The notes under the pieces were generated by a model. The model saw only the letters and a list, made by a program, of their open reading frames with translations. It was not told where the DNA came from and searched no databases. 64,000 nt of DNA from Cyanidioschyzon merolae (taxonomy: Eukaryota), in assembly GCA_000091205.1 (NCBI GenBank), contig AP006502.2; one strand, given 5' to 3'. Of this stretch, positions 22,949-32,974 are shown piece by piece. Made by a program: the position numbers and the translations under genes. Numbering within the stretch: the first letter of the stretch is position 1; the number at the start of each line of letters is the position of its first letter.

Positions 22949-25524
22949 GACAGTGGGACCGACGAGGAACTAGGTGGGCCTTTGTAACAGCAGCTGCAGC
23001 AGCCGCAGCAGCAGCACAACGGGTCGCATCCGAAAAACCTCTGTACAGCGGCTCGCATTTCAGCGTCTGAGAAAACGGGTGTTCTCGCCGAGGCTAGCCG
23101 CCTGCGGATCTCGAATTCGATGTTGCTTCGGCTGCTGACAAGCGCCAGCCTGCTGCCTCATTTCATCATGAGTTTTACGTTTCTAAAAATGGATAGCTTG
23201 CATTAGATTTTGCGTTGCTGTATAGAGGCCGTTCTACACAAGGATATCATGGAAGTTCTTTCCAATCGAGGGTAATTTGCGTTCGAACCTAATCATGTAG
23301 CTGACTCCGAGTACCCGCAGACCTGCATTGGAAGAAGCTGTGCAGGATCGAAAGCTGTAAAAGATACCTATGGACACGTCGACCTAGCTCTCTGCGCTCA
23401 GCGTGCGTCGAAGTAGATGCATACAGTCGGTCGCACGAAGCTGCTTCTTTTTCCAAGTGGGTAACGTGCACTAAACCACTGCGAGATTCACATGCAACTC
23501 TGAACTTGTCGCTCTGTTGCTGCTCTTCATTTTTCTCTTCCCAACTTTTTTAAATGGTCAACTTCGGCGTTTGAGGAGAAGCAGTAAGGACTTTCGGACT
23601 CATATGCAGTTTTCAAATGCTCTGTCGTCTTTTCAGAGTGATTTCAATGACGCCTTGTCGCTGGAATTCGTCACGACCTCTGAATCAAGATCATTCGCGA
23701 CACGCTGGAACAAGGGTACCTAAAATAACCCAAATCCTTATCGGATGCATATGCACAAGCCTTTCATCTTGTTGTTTCCCGAACAACAGCATGTTCAAAT
23801 CACAAAGTCTTCATGTGTGCGATTTTGCTTTTCCAACGCAAGTTATGGGCGAAGCAATTTTCGCAGAGGTAAAGCCTTTTTCGACCGACCACCACCTATT
23901 GACGTCAGCTTCCTCCTGCACACCTCAAGTCTGAGAGACTGCCCCATAAACCTGCATCGCGTCAGCTCCTCGGTTCTCTTCTTCAGCACTATATATCGTC
24001 GGATACTGAAGGTGACGTTGGAGTCTCGTTTCACGAACTCCTCGCATATATTGCCGCTTGTTGAATTCACCCATGCAAGGATTGCCAGAACACGAGTACT
24101 CAGTACCATTGACTGCTCTGTCAGCTCTCCGTACTTTTCTATCGCGCGAAGCGCTCCGCTGCCTTCTCTCTATCTCGATGTTCTGAAGTGTACACCGCAG
24201 CTCATCCCTTGGATTTCTTATTTCTTCAAATGGCGCGCTTCTTTATGCCGTTAGATGAGGAGCTAACCGGAGCGAGAAGGGCTTGCAGACGAAGGACGCA
24301 ATGTGGCCAGGTACCAATGTGTGCTGAACGCTGCAGCGACTCGCCCCGTTGAGCATTAAAAACGTCTCATAATAGAAAAAAACACTTTCTATGGGGCTCA
24401 ACCACGGATTATATCGAGGAATGAAAAGCAGCTCTATTCTCCGATCGAATCAGCAAACATTCGAACGCAAGGGGAATGGTGAAATACCAAGCCGTACAAC
24501 CGGACGACGTCGTCAGACGTCAGGGGAAATTTCTTCAACGATTCGGTACAGTGTGTGCTGTTCTACGAGCCTTCTCTCTGAGCGAAACTGCGGCCGCCAA
24601 ATGAATCCACTGCAGCTCAAACAGTTGATGATGTCCTCGCTCTCATCAAGTTCGATCATACATACAGCTGGCTCCATCTCCGCGACTACCCATGTACGCC
24701 CCGACCATTTCGGCCAAAGAAAGTCGCATCGTCTGAAAAAGACAGAGCTACGTCTCTGTGCTTCGTGCCGATCGGGACGTTCCGGGAACGCTGTCGTTGC
24801 GAATTCGATACAAGACGGCTGTGCATGAACCAGGACTTTATCGCGACTGCATGCCAGTGCATTCAGGATCACACGAATTAGCTGGCGAGAAAAACAGATA
24901 GAGGTGATGGGTATCATCGTCGCTTTCCCCTTCCCTAAAGTAATCAACGGGTCGTTTTTCTACCAGTGAACGCAAGCACACTTTGAGTATATCTGGTTTC
25001 GGTGCGGATCGCATGTACTTGCTTCTTTATTTCAGTGTTCCTCGTCCATCTGAATACTGTGGTGAACCGTACCTGAACGAGGAATGCAGTCCACCTTGCA
25101 CCGTTCAGTAAAGAATATATATCTAACATTCTATTCGTCTACGATCTATACAGCACATTGCTTCTACATCTCGACCTTCTGCTATACACATCAACATAGC
25201 ATACGAATACGCATAGCAGGAATGGAGCCTCATGGAGTCGCGCTGGTGAGCAGAGAGCGTCTCGAGCGTCCGCATGGGATGCGTTTCTGGATGGACAGAA
25301 TTCGAACGACCAAGAACGGCAGTGCAGTACAGTGCAGTTTGGGAATCCTCAGCTAGCCGACTTGGGGCTTGTGAACGTGTGTGAGCGGATGCGCATACGC
25401 ACCGCTCCATACATAAAAACGAACCTTCTTTGCCATATTCATGCTTCGTGGTCCGTATACTCTGCACTGCAGTGCACGGGTACCGAACAATATGCAACTC
25501 TAGTTCTGCTTGCACGCTGCCCTC

Positions 25525-28500
25525 ATGGCTGATCGTGGTACCTCCGTCTCCTCGTTCGAGTCGGAGACATTTGGAGACAGCACGCTAAGAGGCAGCAGCG
25601 AACTCAATAATGGACAGGAACGAGGCACGCGCACACGTCGAAGCAGTGCACGTCACCGCAGTCGTTTGTCGAGTTTCTTTGCTCCACCACAGATTCGAAG
25701 CGATCCAAAGGAAGCCAAGTTCCTCCTTGAGACGCTATCCTCGAAGCAGGTAACTTGGCAAATTCTCAACATATGCAGTGCAATCGTGCTCTCCGTCACC
25801 TACACGCTAGCAATGAGTCTGTTTGCACGCCGTTTCGAAGCGGCACTCCCGGCACTCAACCTCGTTGACCGCGTCGTCGTGTACTGCTTTTGCGTGCTCC
25901 AGCTTACTTTCACGATCGTCTACTTTTTGCGTCTCTATCGGTATGGATGGATCCGTTGCACCTTCGAAATGCGCAGCTGCTTCCTACAAGGTCTATTTAT
26001 ATTCTTTACGATGAATATTATAGGCAATATTGCACGAACGATATCGGAAGCGAGCGGCACCACGATCGCCATTCTCTATGTCTCCGACCTGGTCTGGCAA
26101 TGGTTCTGGATATTTGGTTTTTATGGACACGCCATGGCTATTCTACGACTCTATCGTGATATGAAGGATCGCCACACGTTTCTAGAACGAAACCGCGTGG
26201 TATTTGGTCTCTGTTTGATCATCGCCGCCGTGGAGACAGCCATTTGCGGCTGGTCTCGAACGACGTTAGGACTCACCTGGCCGGGCATGTTGGTTCAGTT
26301 CGCTATGCGTGGACACCAACAACAAGCGGCCTACTCGCTTACGTTCGCGCTCGTGGTTACCATGCGCATTTTCCTCGATGGCTGGATTGCCATGGAGCTC
26401 TACCGCGCCTTCCGAGTGCTCCAGCAGCTGCCGTATACCTGTTGTCATCACAAACAAATGGGTGCTCGTTTCTACCGTGTCTTTACTGCGATATCCTATA
26501 TATTCCTGATTGCAAACGATACCATCGCAGTGGGCCTGGTACCATTACCAAGCGCGAACGCGTCCCTCGATGGCGTACCGTTGCGGTTGCTGGGTATTGC
26601 ACGATTCAATGGTGGTGCCTTCGCGATGCTCTTTACATGGTCGGTGCTCCTGCTCTATGTGCATTTACCTCCGACAGTGCTGGGTGTTTGGCTGCCCTGG
26701 ATCGTTGCGCTGGCTCCGGACCCAGCTGCATATCAAGAAAAGCGAGCCCCACAAAGGAGCGTTTCCTCCGAGTGGGAGTTGTCCGCGCACAGCGCCAGCC
26801 AGGCGGCACCGTGGCCAGCGGACGCACTGGATGCAGAGCGAGAGCTGCGCAAAGCAAACCTCTACTACCAGACTGAGCAGGAAGCACTGCGAAATGGAGA
26901 CAGCTGGCTCTCGCGCTCACTTGTCCTCGAGACGCATGTTTTGATCTTCAACATGGCGTACCTGTCCTATCGACCGTGGCATGACCCGCATATGTATGCA
27001 GAGATGTTCAATCATTATGGTGTGGGCGAAATGGACCCCCTGCAAGCACGAGTCGTGCGGCATATCTCCAGCGCCGTTACAGATGTACATGTGCTCGTCA
27101 TTGACTTGGCGGATAGGATTGTGGTGAGCTTTCGCGGTACCAAAAGCACCAGAAATTTACGCACAGATATGAATGTCCGACGGGTTCCTCTCGAGGAGCA
27201 CCTGCATGCACGTGAATGTCCGCAAATACAGGATACGTGGCGCTTGAGCGCCTGCAGCAAACACGGTCAACGCGGGTCGTTGCGGGAGTCACCGGCGAAA
27301 GCGACTGTCGACGGTACAACTCGAATGCCTCGTACGACGAATGCTGTAAGCACCACTGCCTTGGCTGCCGGGCGTAGCGGCACCTCGGCTGCGACTTGTT
27401 CGCAAATACCGCCCGCAACACATAGCAAGCGCGAAATAGATTCGACTAGGAAGCACCAGGCATCAGTGGAGGCCTTTGCCAAGGACGATTCGGATATAGA
27501 GCGCGGTCTTGATGATGCCCTGTCACAGGAACTCGGTGTGGATCCTGGAGGCCGTTTTGCACATCGTCGATGGTGGCAGTATATGCTGAGCGTACGCGGG
27601 ATCCGTTCCCTGCGCTTTGGTGATTTTCGCGCTCAGGCTGGTGACGATTTTTCGTATCTCATAGGGCGACGAGTGCCTACAATGGTGCACGATGGATTTT
27701 TGCACGCCTATTTATCCGTGCGTGAAGAGTTAATGGAGACGCTGAAACCGCTTGTTGCAAAGCCCTCGAGCACTGCACCAACTGCAGTGGATGCGGCTTG
27801 CGCGCCCTTGAGCAGCACCTGCGGCGATGCCACTTGTGGTGTCGCTACCAGCCTGGATAGGCGCGTGCAACCATCGAACCGCTTTCCCGAGGTGTCCAGT
27901 GCGGATATTCATGGCGGTTGTGAACACGGGCAGCAGCAACAGCAGCTGAGCTTAGCGGGTACAGAGACCGCAGCGCGGTGTCGAAGCGAAACTGCTACAG
28001 CAGCAGCAGCAGCAGCAGCAGCAGATGCGAGCGAAGCGCAACCGTGTAGTGCGATGAACTCCTTGGATAGTGCATCTTGCAACCACAAACCGGTGATCTT
28101 TTGAGGTCACTCTCTCGGCGGGGCTCTGGCAAGCATCGCTGCCCTCGATATGACGTGTTTTGAGAATTCACAGTCGTTGCGTCTGTCATCGGATCTGGTG
28201 ATGTGTGTGACTTTTGGGTCGCCTCGAGTCGGGAATCGCGCTTTCGCTGCAGCGTTCCAGCGACATGTGCCGTTTTCATTCCGATGGGCAGCGGTCGGCG
28301 ATATCGGGACGAAACTGCCTTTCTGGGGTTATGAGCATGTTCCGGTCAAGATGATGCTGGATCCGTTGTTGGGGAGCATTCTCATGGATCCCTCGATCAT
28401 CGAGGAGTCCATGGTAGCGTTCCGGAACGCTTTGGATGCGCACCTGCGACCCGCATATATCCAGGGGTTTGAGCGCTGGTGTCGGCGCTACCACCCCCGC

Positions 28501-28578
28501 TGGAATGTGCAGTTCTGGGATTTCCACGACGTGTTTGATGACCCCGCCCTAGGTGCTGCTTTGGAAAGCATCACATGA
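25525..28578 (+). CDS. class-3 (fungal-type) lipase with an N-terminal polytopic membrane domain (DAG-lipase-like architecture); the catalytic domain is interrupted by an in-frame TGA at 28102-28104
   Basis: Seen: an N-terminal 350-aa multi-TM region. Lipase_3 blocks are then in the usual order but widely spaced: VVSFRGTKSTRNLRTDMN, VHDGFLHAYLSVREEL, then (after the stop) GHSLGGALASIAALD, VTFGSPRVGNRAFA, VGDIGTKLP and YEHV. The ORF at 28150-28578 is in the same frame as the ORF at 25510-28104. Two low-complexity inserts, including an Ala12 run, separate the conserved blocks. Confidence 0.7.
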
Positions 28579-29572
28579 TGAATGCATGACCTATGCAAGC
28601 GCATGGCTGCTGGAGCGTGCCACTTGTCCTCAAGGTCCGCTACGCTTCGCAAACGGGCGCAAGTGCGCTACCCACAGAAGCACACCAGCATCACGAAGGT
28701 GAGCAACGACATGTCGGGTACGCGAGGCACGCTTGAGCATCAGCCGAATGGTGTCTTGGATCACGCCCGGTGCGAGGTCGCTCAAATATGTGGCTCTCGC
28801 CACACGCTCCACCTCGACGACCTGCAAAAAAGTACACCTCTGCGAATCATGCTCCAGAGGTATGCATCAAAGGTTCCGCCCGATGTTCGTCGAATCGTCA
28901 TGCAGACTGGTCGGTGGATGAATGCAGCACCTTCATCGCCAAAGTGAAACGCGTTGACGTCCGAGTGGAGAGCGTGAACCGTCCCCGGTCGACTGGACGC
29001 GGAATCCGTCCGAATTCCCGGTAGCGAAATAGACGCGATCCGCCACTGGCTACCCTGAAAAGCGTCTCTGGCGGGTACTTCTGCGAAATCCAGAATGAGG
29101 CATGCTGCGCTCTGTCCACTAGTCTGCAGGTCTGGCTCTGACACTGCCGCATCGATGCTGGAGTTTAAGCTGCGCCCCAGTGATCGACGCATGCTGCGGT
29201 TGCTGAGATTGGTCTCTCGATAGTCAGTCGTAGTGCCTCAACCAGCGCCAATATTCCTGCTGAATTCATGCTTGTCGCGAGTACGCCTTTGAGCGCGTTT
29301 GCCGACAGAGGCCGGCGCCGTGGTGCTCGCAGCACAGCAAGCGATCATGTGCTCTTTGAGCAGCTACAGACAAGCACCACTTTTGCAGCGCATGGTACAC
29401 GCGATGGACGCGAGCGTAGCTTCCAACGATCCGCGATCTAGTCCTGAGGTATTCCGGCGGCGATAATCACCACCCAGTATCATGACTGAAACGCTGTAAA
29501 CGATGCATCATGCGATATCCACAGGGCCAGGGCACGGCGATGATTCAGCGGCAATCTCGCTCAAATGCTAGC

Positions 29573-30241
29573 TTACTGAGGATTCTCCAGGGTTTCGTTT
29601 TTGTTGGATGATCGTCGCCGATGATGTCGTCTTTTCTTTCTCACGGAAGACGCGTTCTTGGCCGCTGGGTGCACGTCATCCTCGTGCTCTGGCTCTAACG
29701 ACGACGACGACGACGAAACGGATGCAGACCTCCCGTGGTCGCGCTTTGCAGAGGCGCCATCCTGCGCTCCACCAGGTGCCCTCTTCTTCGAGCGCATGCG
29801 TTCGGGTTCAAGTCTCGCATCAGAGGTATCCAATGCCAGCATCAAACGCCGCTCGTCGCGTGTGCAGAGCTCCTCGCCAAGCCCTAGTTTCAAGAGCAAG
29901 AGTCGAAACCGACTTTCTGGGCGACGTAAGATACGTGACATCGACCGTGACTGCGAACCGAATACACCATCTGCAGTTGCCGCGTCTGCAAGCTCTTCCA
30001 GATGCTCCCAGGCAACGACCTGGCGGTATCCCGGAGTCTTGGATGCCTGGTCCACGATCTTCGCAACTTGCCTCACAAAAGGACTGCCTTCAGCCTGCAG
30101 TTCATGCTCGCCTTTCCGCCAGTAAGACATAGCGACTGATGCGACGCCAAATACTGAGTTGGGTGAGTCGACGCGTGCTGCCAGTTTGCTTTTGCTGTTC
30201 GAGATCGGCAAGGAATCGCCTGGCAACACGGTCCATGGCAT
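29573..30241 (-). CDS. hypothetical protein, Ser-rich with a basic C-terminus (KKRRHHRRR, NLS-like)
   Basis: Seen: a 222-aa ORF with a verified ATG at 30241. No recognisable domain. Upstream on the same strand are two further ORFs in other frames (30102-30365 and 30431-30904). Confidence 0.35.
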   Translation of the reverse strand: MPWTVLPGDSLPISNSKSKLAARVDSPNSVFGVASVAMSYWRKGEHELQAEGSPFVRQVAKIVDQASKTPGYRQVVAWEHLEELADAATADGVFGSQSRSMSRILRRPESRFRLLLLKLGLGEELCTRDERRLMLALDTSDARLEPERMRSKKRAPGGAQDGASAKRDHGRSASVSSSSSSLEPEHEDDVHPAAKNASSVRKKRRHHRRRSSNKNETLENPQ

Positions 30242-31037
30242 CGTCCGATTCTATTTCCCAGTCACAAGACTCGTTCTCTATGTCTTGCTCTAAAGATGTA
30301 AGCGACTTGTCGAGTACCTCAAGTGCCTTGGCTGCCAGCCCTGCACACTGCATCCCAAAACGCACTTGCTCCTCGGGTGTCAGTTTCGCTTGGACGAGTG
30401 CTCGCAGCTCTGCAGGTGATGCAAACGTGCTCAGATTACCGGCTTCCTTGGCTTTGCATCACCTTTTATGCAGCTTTCCTCTCTCTCGATGCCCGGGTTC
30501 AGCTTTGGCTGCCATGAGAGCTGCTGCGCGTGCCGTTGCAACAGAGATGCGAGCGTGGTGGTTAGGAGGAGGTCAGAAAACTGAAACAATCCATATGATG
30601 GTCTCTCCAAAGCGTCAAAGTCTTCAAGGCAGTAACCGGACTTGTCGCTTCCGCTGTCAATCAGCAGAAAAGCGCATAGCGTACGCCCCGTGCCGCACAG
30701 AGGAAGCAGCACGTTGGTTTCGAAGATCGATAGAAGACGTTTTTGATAAACAATTCGCCTCTGGAAACACCACCAAACGCCTTGCAAAAGAGAAACGCTG
30801 GAAAGCCAGTGTACAAGAGTGGCGTTTCTCACACCGTCCGTCGTAGACCGAATGTCTACCCATCGATGTACAGACGCCTGTGCCGGCGTTCCGCAACTGG
30901 CCACCTACTACTGGTTTCAACTTCTTCTCGTATAACTCCATTTTGGGAGGTTGCCCCGCAAAGTTGGCTCTCGCCAACTCCGGGGGTCTTCTTTCCAGTA
31001 CTGCACACCTCCTTATACTGATGGCGGCGTTAAAGTC

Positions 31038-31736
31038 TCAGTCCAGGAACTCTATTCGTTTCTTCCTATCATTAGTTGTACTAACCAATGCGAGTAGTCC
31101 TCGAAGGTTCGCCCTCCTTGCCATTTGCATTTCCGTCAGCGAGCCGCTGGCTTTTCTCCATCGCGACCCTCTGAAGTGTACAACACAGCTCGTGGTGTGT
31201 AGAAGATGTTCGAAACTCATCTAAAGGTATTTCGACATAACGGTGTGCGCACTCCTTGTACGTTCTTGTCGTTGGAGCTGGTATACACCCTTTTTGGGCC
31301 ATCCAGCGCCCTGCCCCGTATGCTACTACGAGCCTTTGGCTCCTGTCCTTCTTGAGGGCGATCAACTGAATGAAAAAGCTGGCGAATACTCGCTGCTTCC
31401 AACAGTACAGGTTCATACGCAAACGAGCCCACCTGAACTTTGTGCATTCTTTCCAAAGGCTCTCGTCATGAGCTGCGTGAATGCTCATAACCTCTCGAAA
31501 CGCTTCAATATCGGCTCCGCGGCTCGTCACCTGGCTGATCGCTTCCAAATTCCCTTCACTCCTGAATTCGATGTCTCACTTTTATTCCTTGCATTCATTA
31601 TACCGGATTCTCGGTAATATCTCGCTCATGAGAGCTTCAACAGACTTATGTCTTTCTGACGTAAGTTGCCGTCAGAGCCATCTTCCTCACGCTTGGGTGC
31701 TGCAATGGTAACGATGTGGGTGTTCCCGGGATCCAT
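31038..31736 (-). pseudogene. copy A of the TnpB/Fanzor-like ORF; disrupted
   Basis: Seen: an ATG at 31736 (MDPGNTHIVTIAAP...), then an in-frame TGA at 31626-31628. There is a 1-nt deletion relative to copy B near 31560 (frameshift) and another frame change near 31090 (ORF 31038-31220 versus 31081-31548). Confidence 0.6.
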
Positions 31737-31813
31737 GTCAACGGCAAACGCGTTCTTCTGCGCCTCCAGCGCCGTTGGGCTCGCCTCCTGGTCCGTCCTC
31801 GGCTTCGCCCGTG

Positions 31814-31963
31814 GCGAAGGATGTAGATGAGAAGGATGCGGATCCTGCGACGCAGGAAGTGGAAAAGTACAACCTTGTAGACGGCTCGGCGAAGGATGTA
31901 GATGAGAATGATGCAGATCTTGCGATGCAGGAGGTGCAGGATCACGACTTTGTCGTTGGCGTG
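31814..31963. repeat. 75-bp tandem duplication (2 units) at the palindrome centre, encoding AKDVDE(K/N)DAD...QEV(E/Q)... twice
   Basis: Seen: unit 1 at 31814-31888 and unit 2 at 31889-31963 are about 80% identical. Unit 2 runs into the G.DPG motif of copy B. Confidence 0.75.
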
Positions 31964-32686
31964 GACCCTGGGAATACGAACATCATAACCATCGCAGTAC
32001 CCACGTATGCGGAAGATGGGACTGATGGTAACTTCCGTCAGAAAGATATGCGTCTTTTGAGGTTCTCGAGAGCAAGATACTATCGAGAATCGGGAATCAT
32101 GAATGCGAGGTAGAAAATTTGTACGTGGAATTCAGGAATGAAAGATCCCCTGGAAGCTTCGAGCGAGGTGACGAGCCGAGGAGCGGACTTTGAAGCTTTT
32201 CGGAAATTCATGGAAGTTCGCATGGCGCATTGGGAGGCGCTGTGGGAGGAGTATACAAAACCCCGGTGGGCTCGTTTGCATATGAATTTGTATTGTGGTA
32301 AGCAGCGGGCGTTCGCGAATTTTTTCAATCAGTTAAGTGACCTGAAGGAGGATGGAAATCAGAGGCTCGTCGTAGCATACGGAGCAGGGCACTGGAAGAC
32401 CCGAAAAGGGTGTACACCAGCTCCAACGACAAGAACGTACAAAGAGTGTGCACGGCGTTTCGTTACGATACCTGTAGATGAGTTCCGAACCTCGTATACA
32501 CACCATGAACTGGGGTGTACACTTCAGAGAGTGGAGATGGAAAAGTGTCAGCGGAGCCCTGAAGATATAAAAAAGTACGGACCGCTGACGGAGGAGCAAA
32601 TGGAAAGGAGGGCACAAGTTCCAGGACTTCTTGCATTAGTGAGTACAACGAGTGACGGCAAGAAACGGATGGAGTTTGTGAATTGA
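31925..32686 (+). pseudogene. copy B of the TnpB/Fanzor-like ORF; one in-frame TAG at 32111-32113 but otherwise open
   Basis: Seen: ORFs 31775-32113 and 32138-32686 are in the same frame and separated only by a TAG. An ATG at 31925 gives MQEVQDHDFVVGVDPGNTNIITIAVP... The G.DPG motif fits RuvC-I, and YKECARRFVTIPVDEFRTS resembles the TnpB Y-K...V-D-x-x-T-S block that precedes the zinc ribbon. The CxxC pairs and the RuvC-III motif are not evident. Confidence 0.55.
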
Positions 32687-32974
32687 GACTTTAACGCCGC
32701 AATCAATATCCGGAGATGTGCGGTGCTGGAGAGAAGACCTCCAGAATAGACAAGAGTGAACTTTATTGGACAACCTCTCAAAGTCGAACTATATGAGAAA
32801 AAGTTGGAAGCAGTAGTGGGTGGCCGCTCCAAAAAGACGGGAAGGCGTCTGCACCTCAGTTGAAGACTTCTTGTCGAGAGCGGGTTTCTCGCCACTACTG
32901 TACACCGTTGGCGTCGTTCGACTTTCGAACGGCGTTGATGGTGCCACTATTCTGCCGTGTGTCATTCTGAGTGC

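Larger units (their letters stand above)
31038..32686. mobile_element. head-to-head inverted duplication (large imperfect palindrome, arms about 700-800 bp, about 80% identical) of a TnpB/Fanzor-like RuvC-fold ORF; a candidate decayed mobile-element or OMEGA-nuclease locus
   Basis: Seen: the reverse complement of 31038-31800 aligns along its whole length with 31814-32686; this was checked block by block. Both copies encode G(V/M)DPGNT(N/H)I(I/V)TIA(V/A)P ... DG.DGN(F/L)RQKD ... (K/T)(P/K)RWARL(H/R)MNLYC.KQR.FA.FF.QL ... QRLVVAYGAG.W ... GC.PAPTTRTYKECA.R(F/Y)V.IP.DEFRTS.THHEL.CTLQRV. The homologous arms abut near 31800-31814. Confidence 0.6.

Noticed and set aside
28102-28104. TGA in the lipase gene read as selenocysteine
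   Set aside because: The position corresponds to a structural Thr/Ser preceding the GHSLGG nucleophile elbow, not a redox site. No SECIS-like element could be evaluated or is expected. A point substitution, error or intron is far more parsimonious.
30139-30846. 235-aa plus-strand ORF
   Set aside because: It runs antisense across three same-strand minus ORFs and has Ser/Ala/Arg-biased composition. It is more likely a GC-driven antisense ORF, but it is kept in mind in the split-gene finding.
31646-31945. 99-aa Arg-rich minus-strand ORF (RRRIRILLIYIL...RRWRRRRTRL)
   Set aside because: It is the antisense or alternative-frame reading of the palindrome centre and the 75-bp tandem repeat. Its repetitive Arg/Ile composition reflects the repeat, not a gene.
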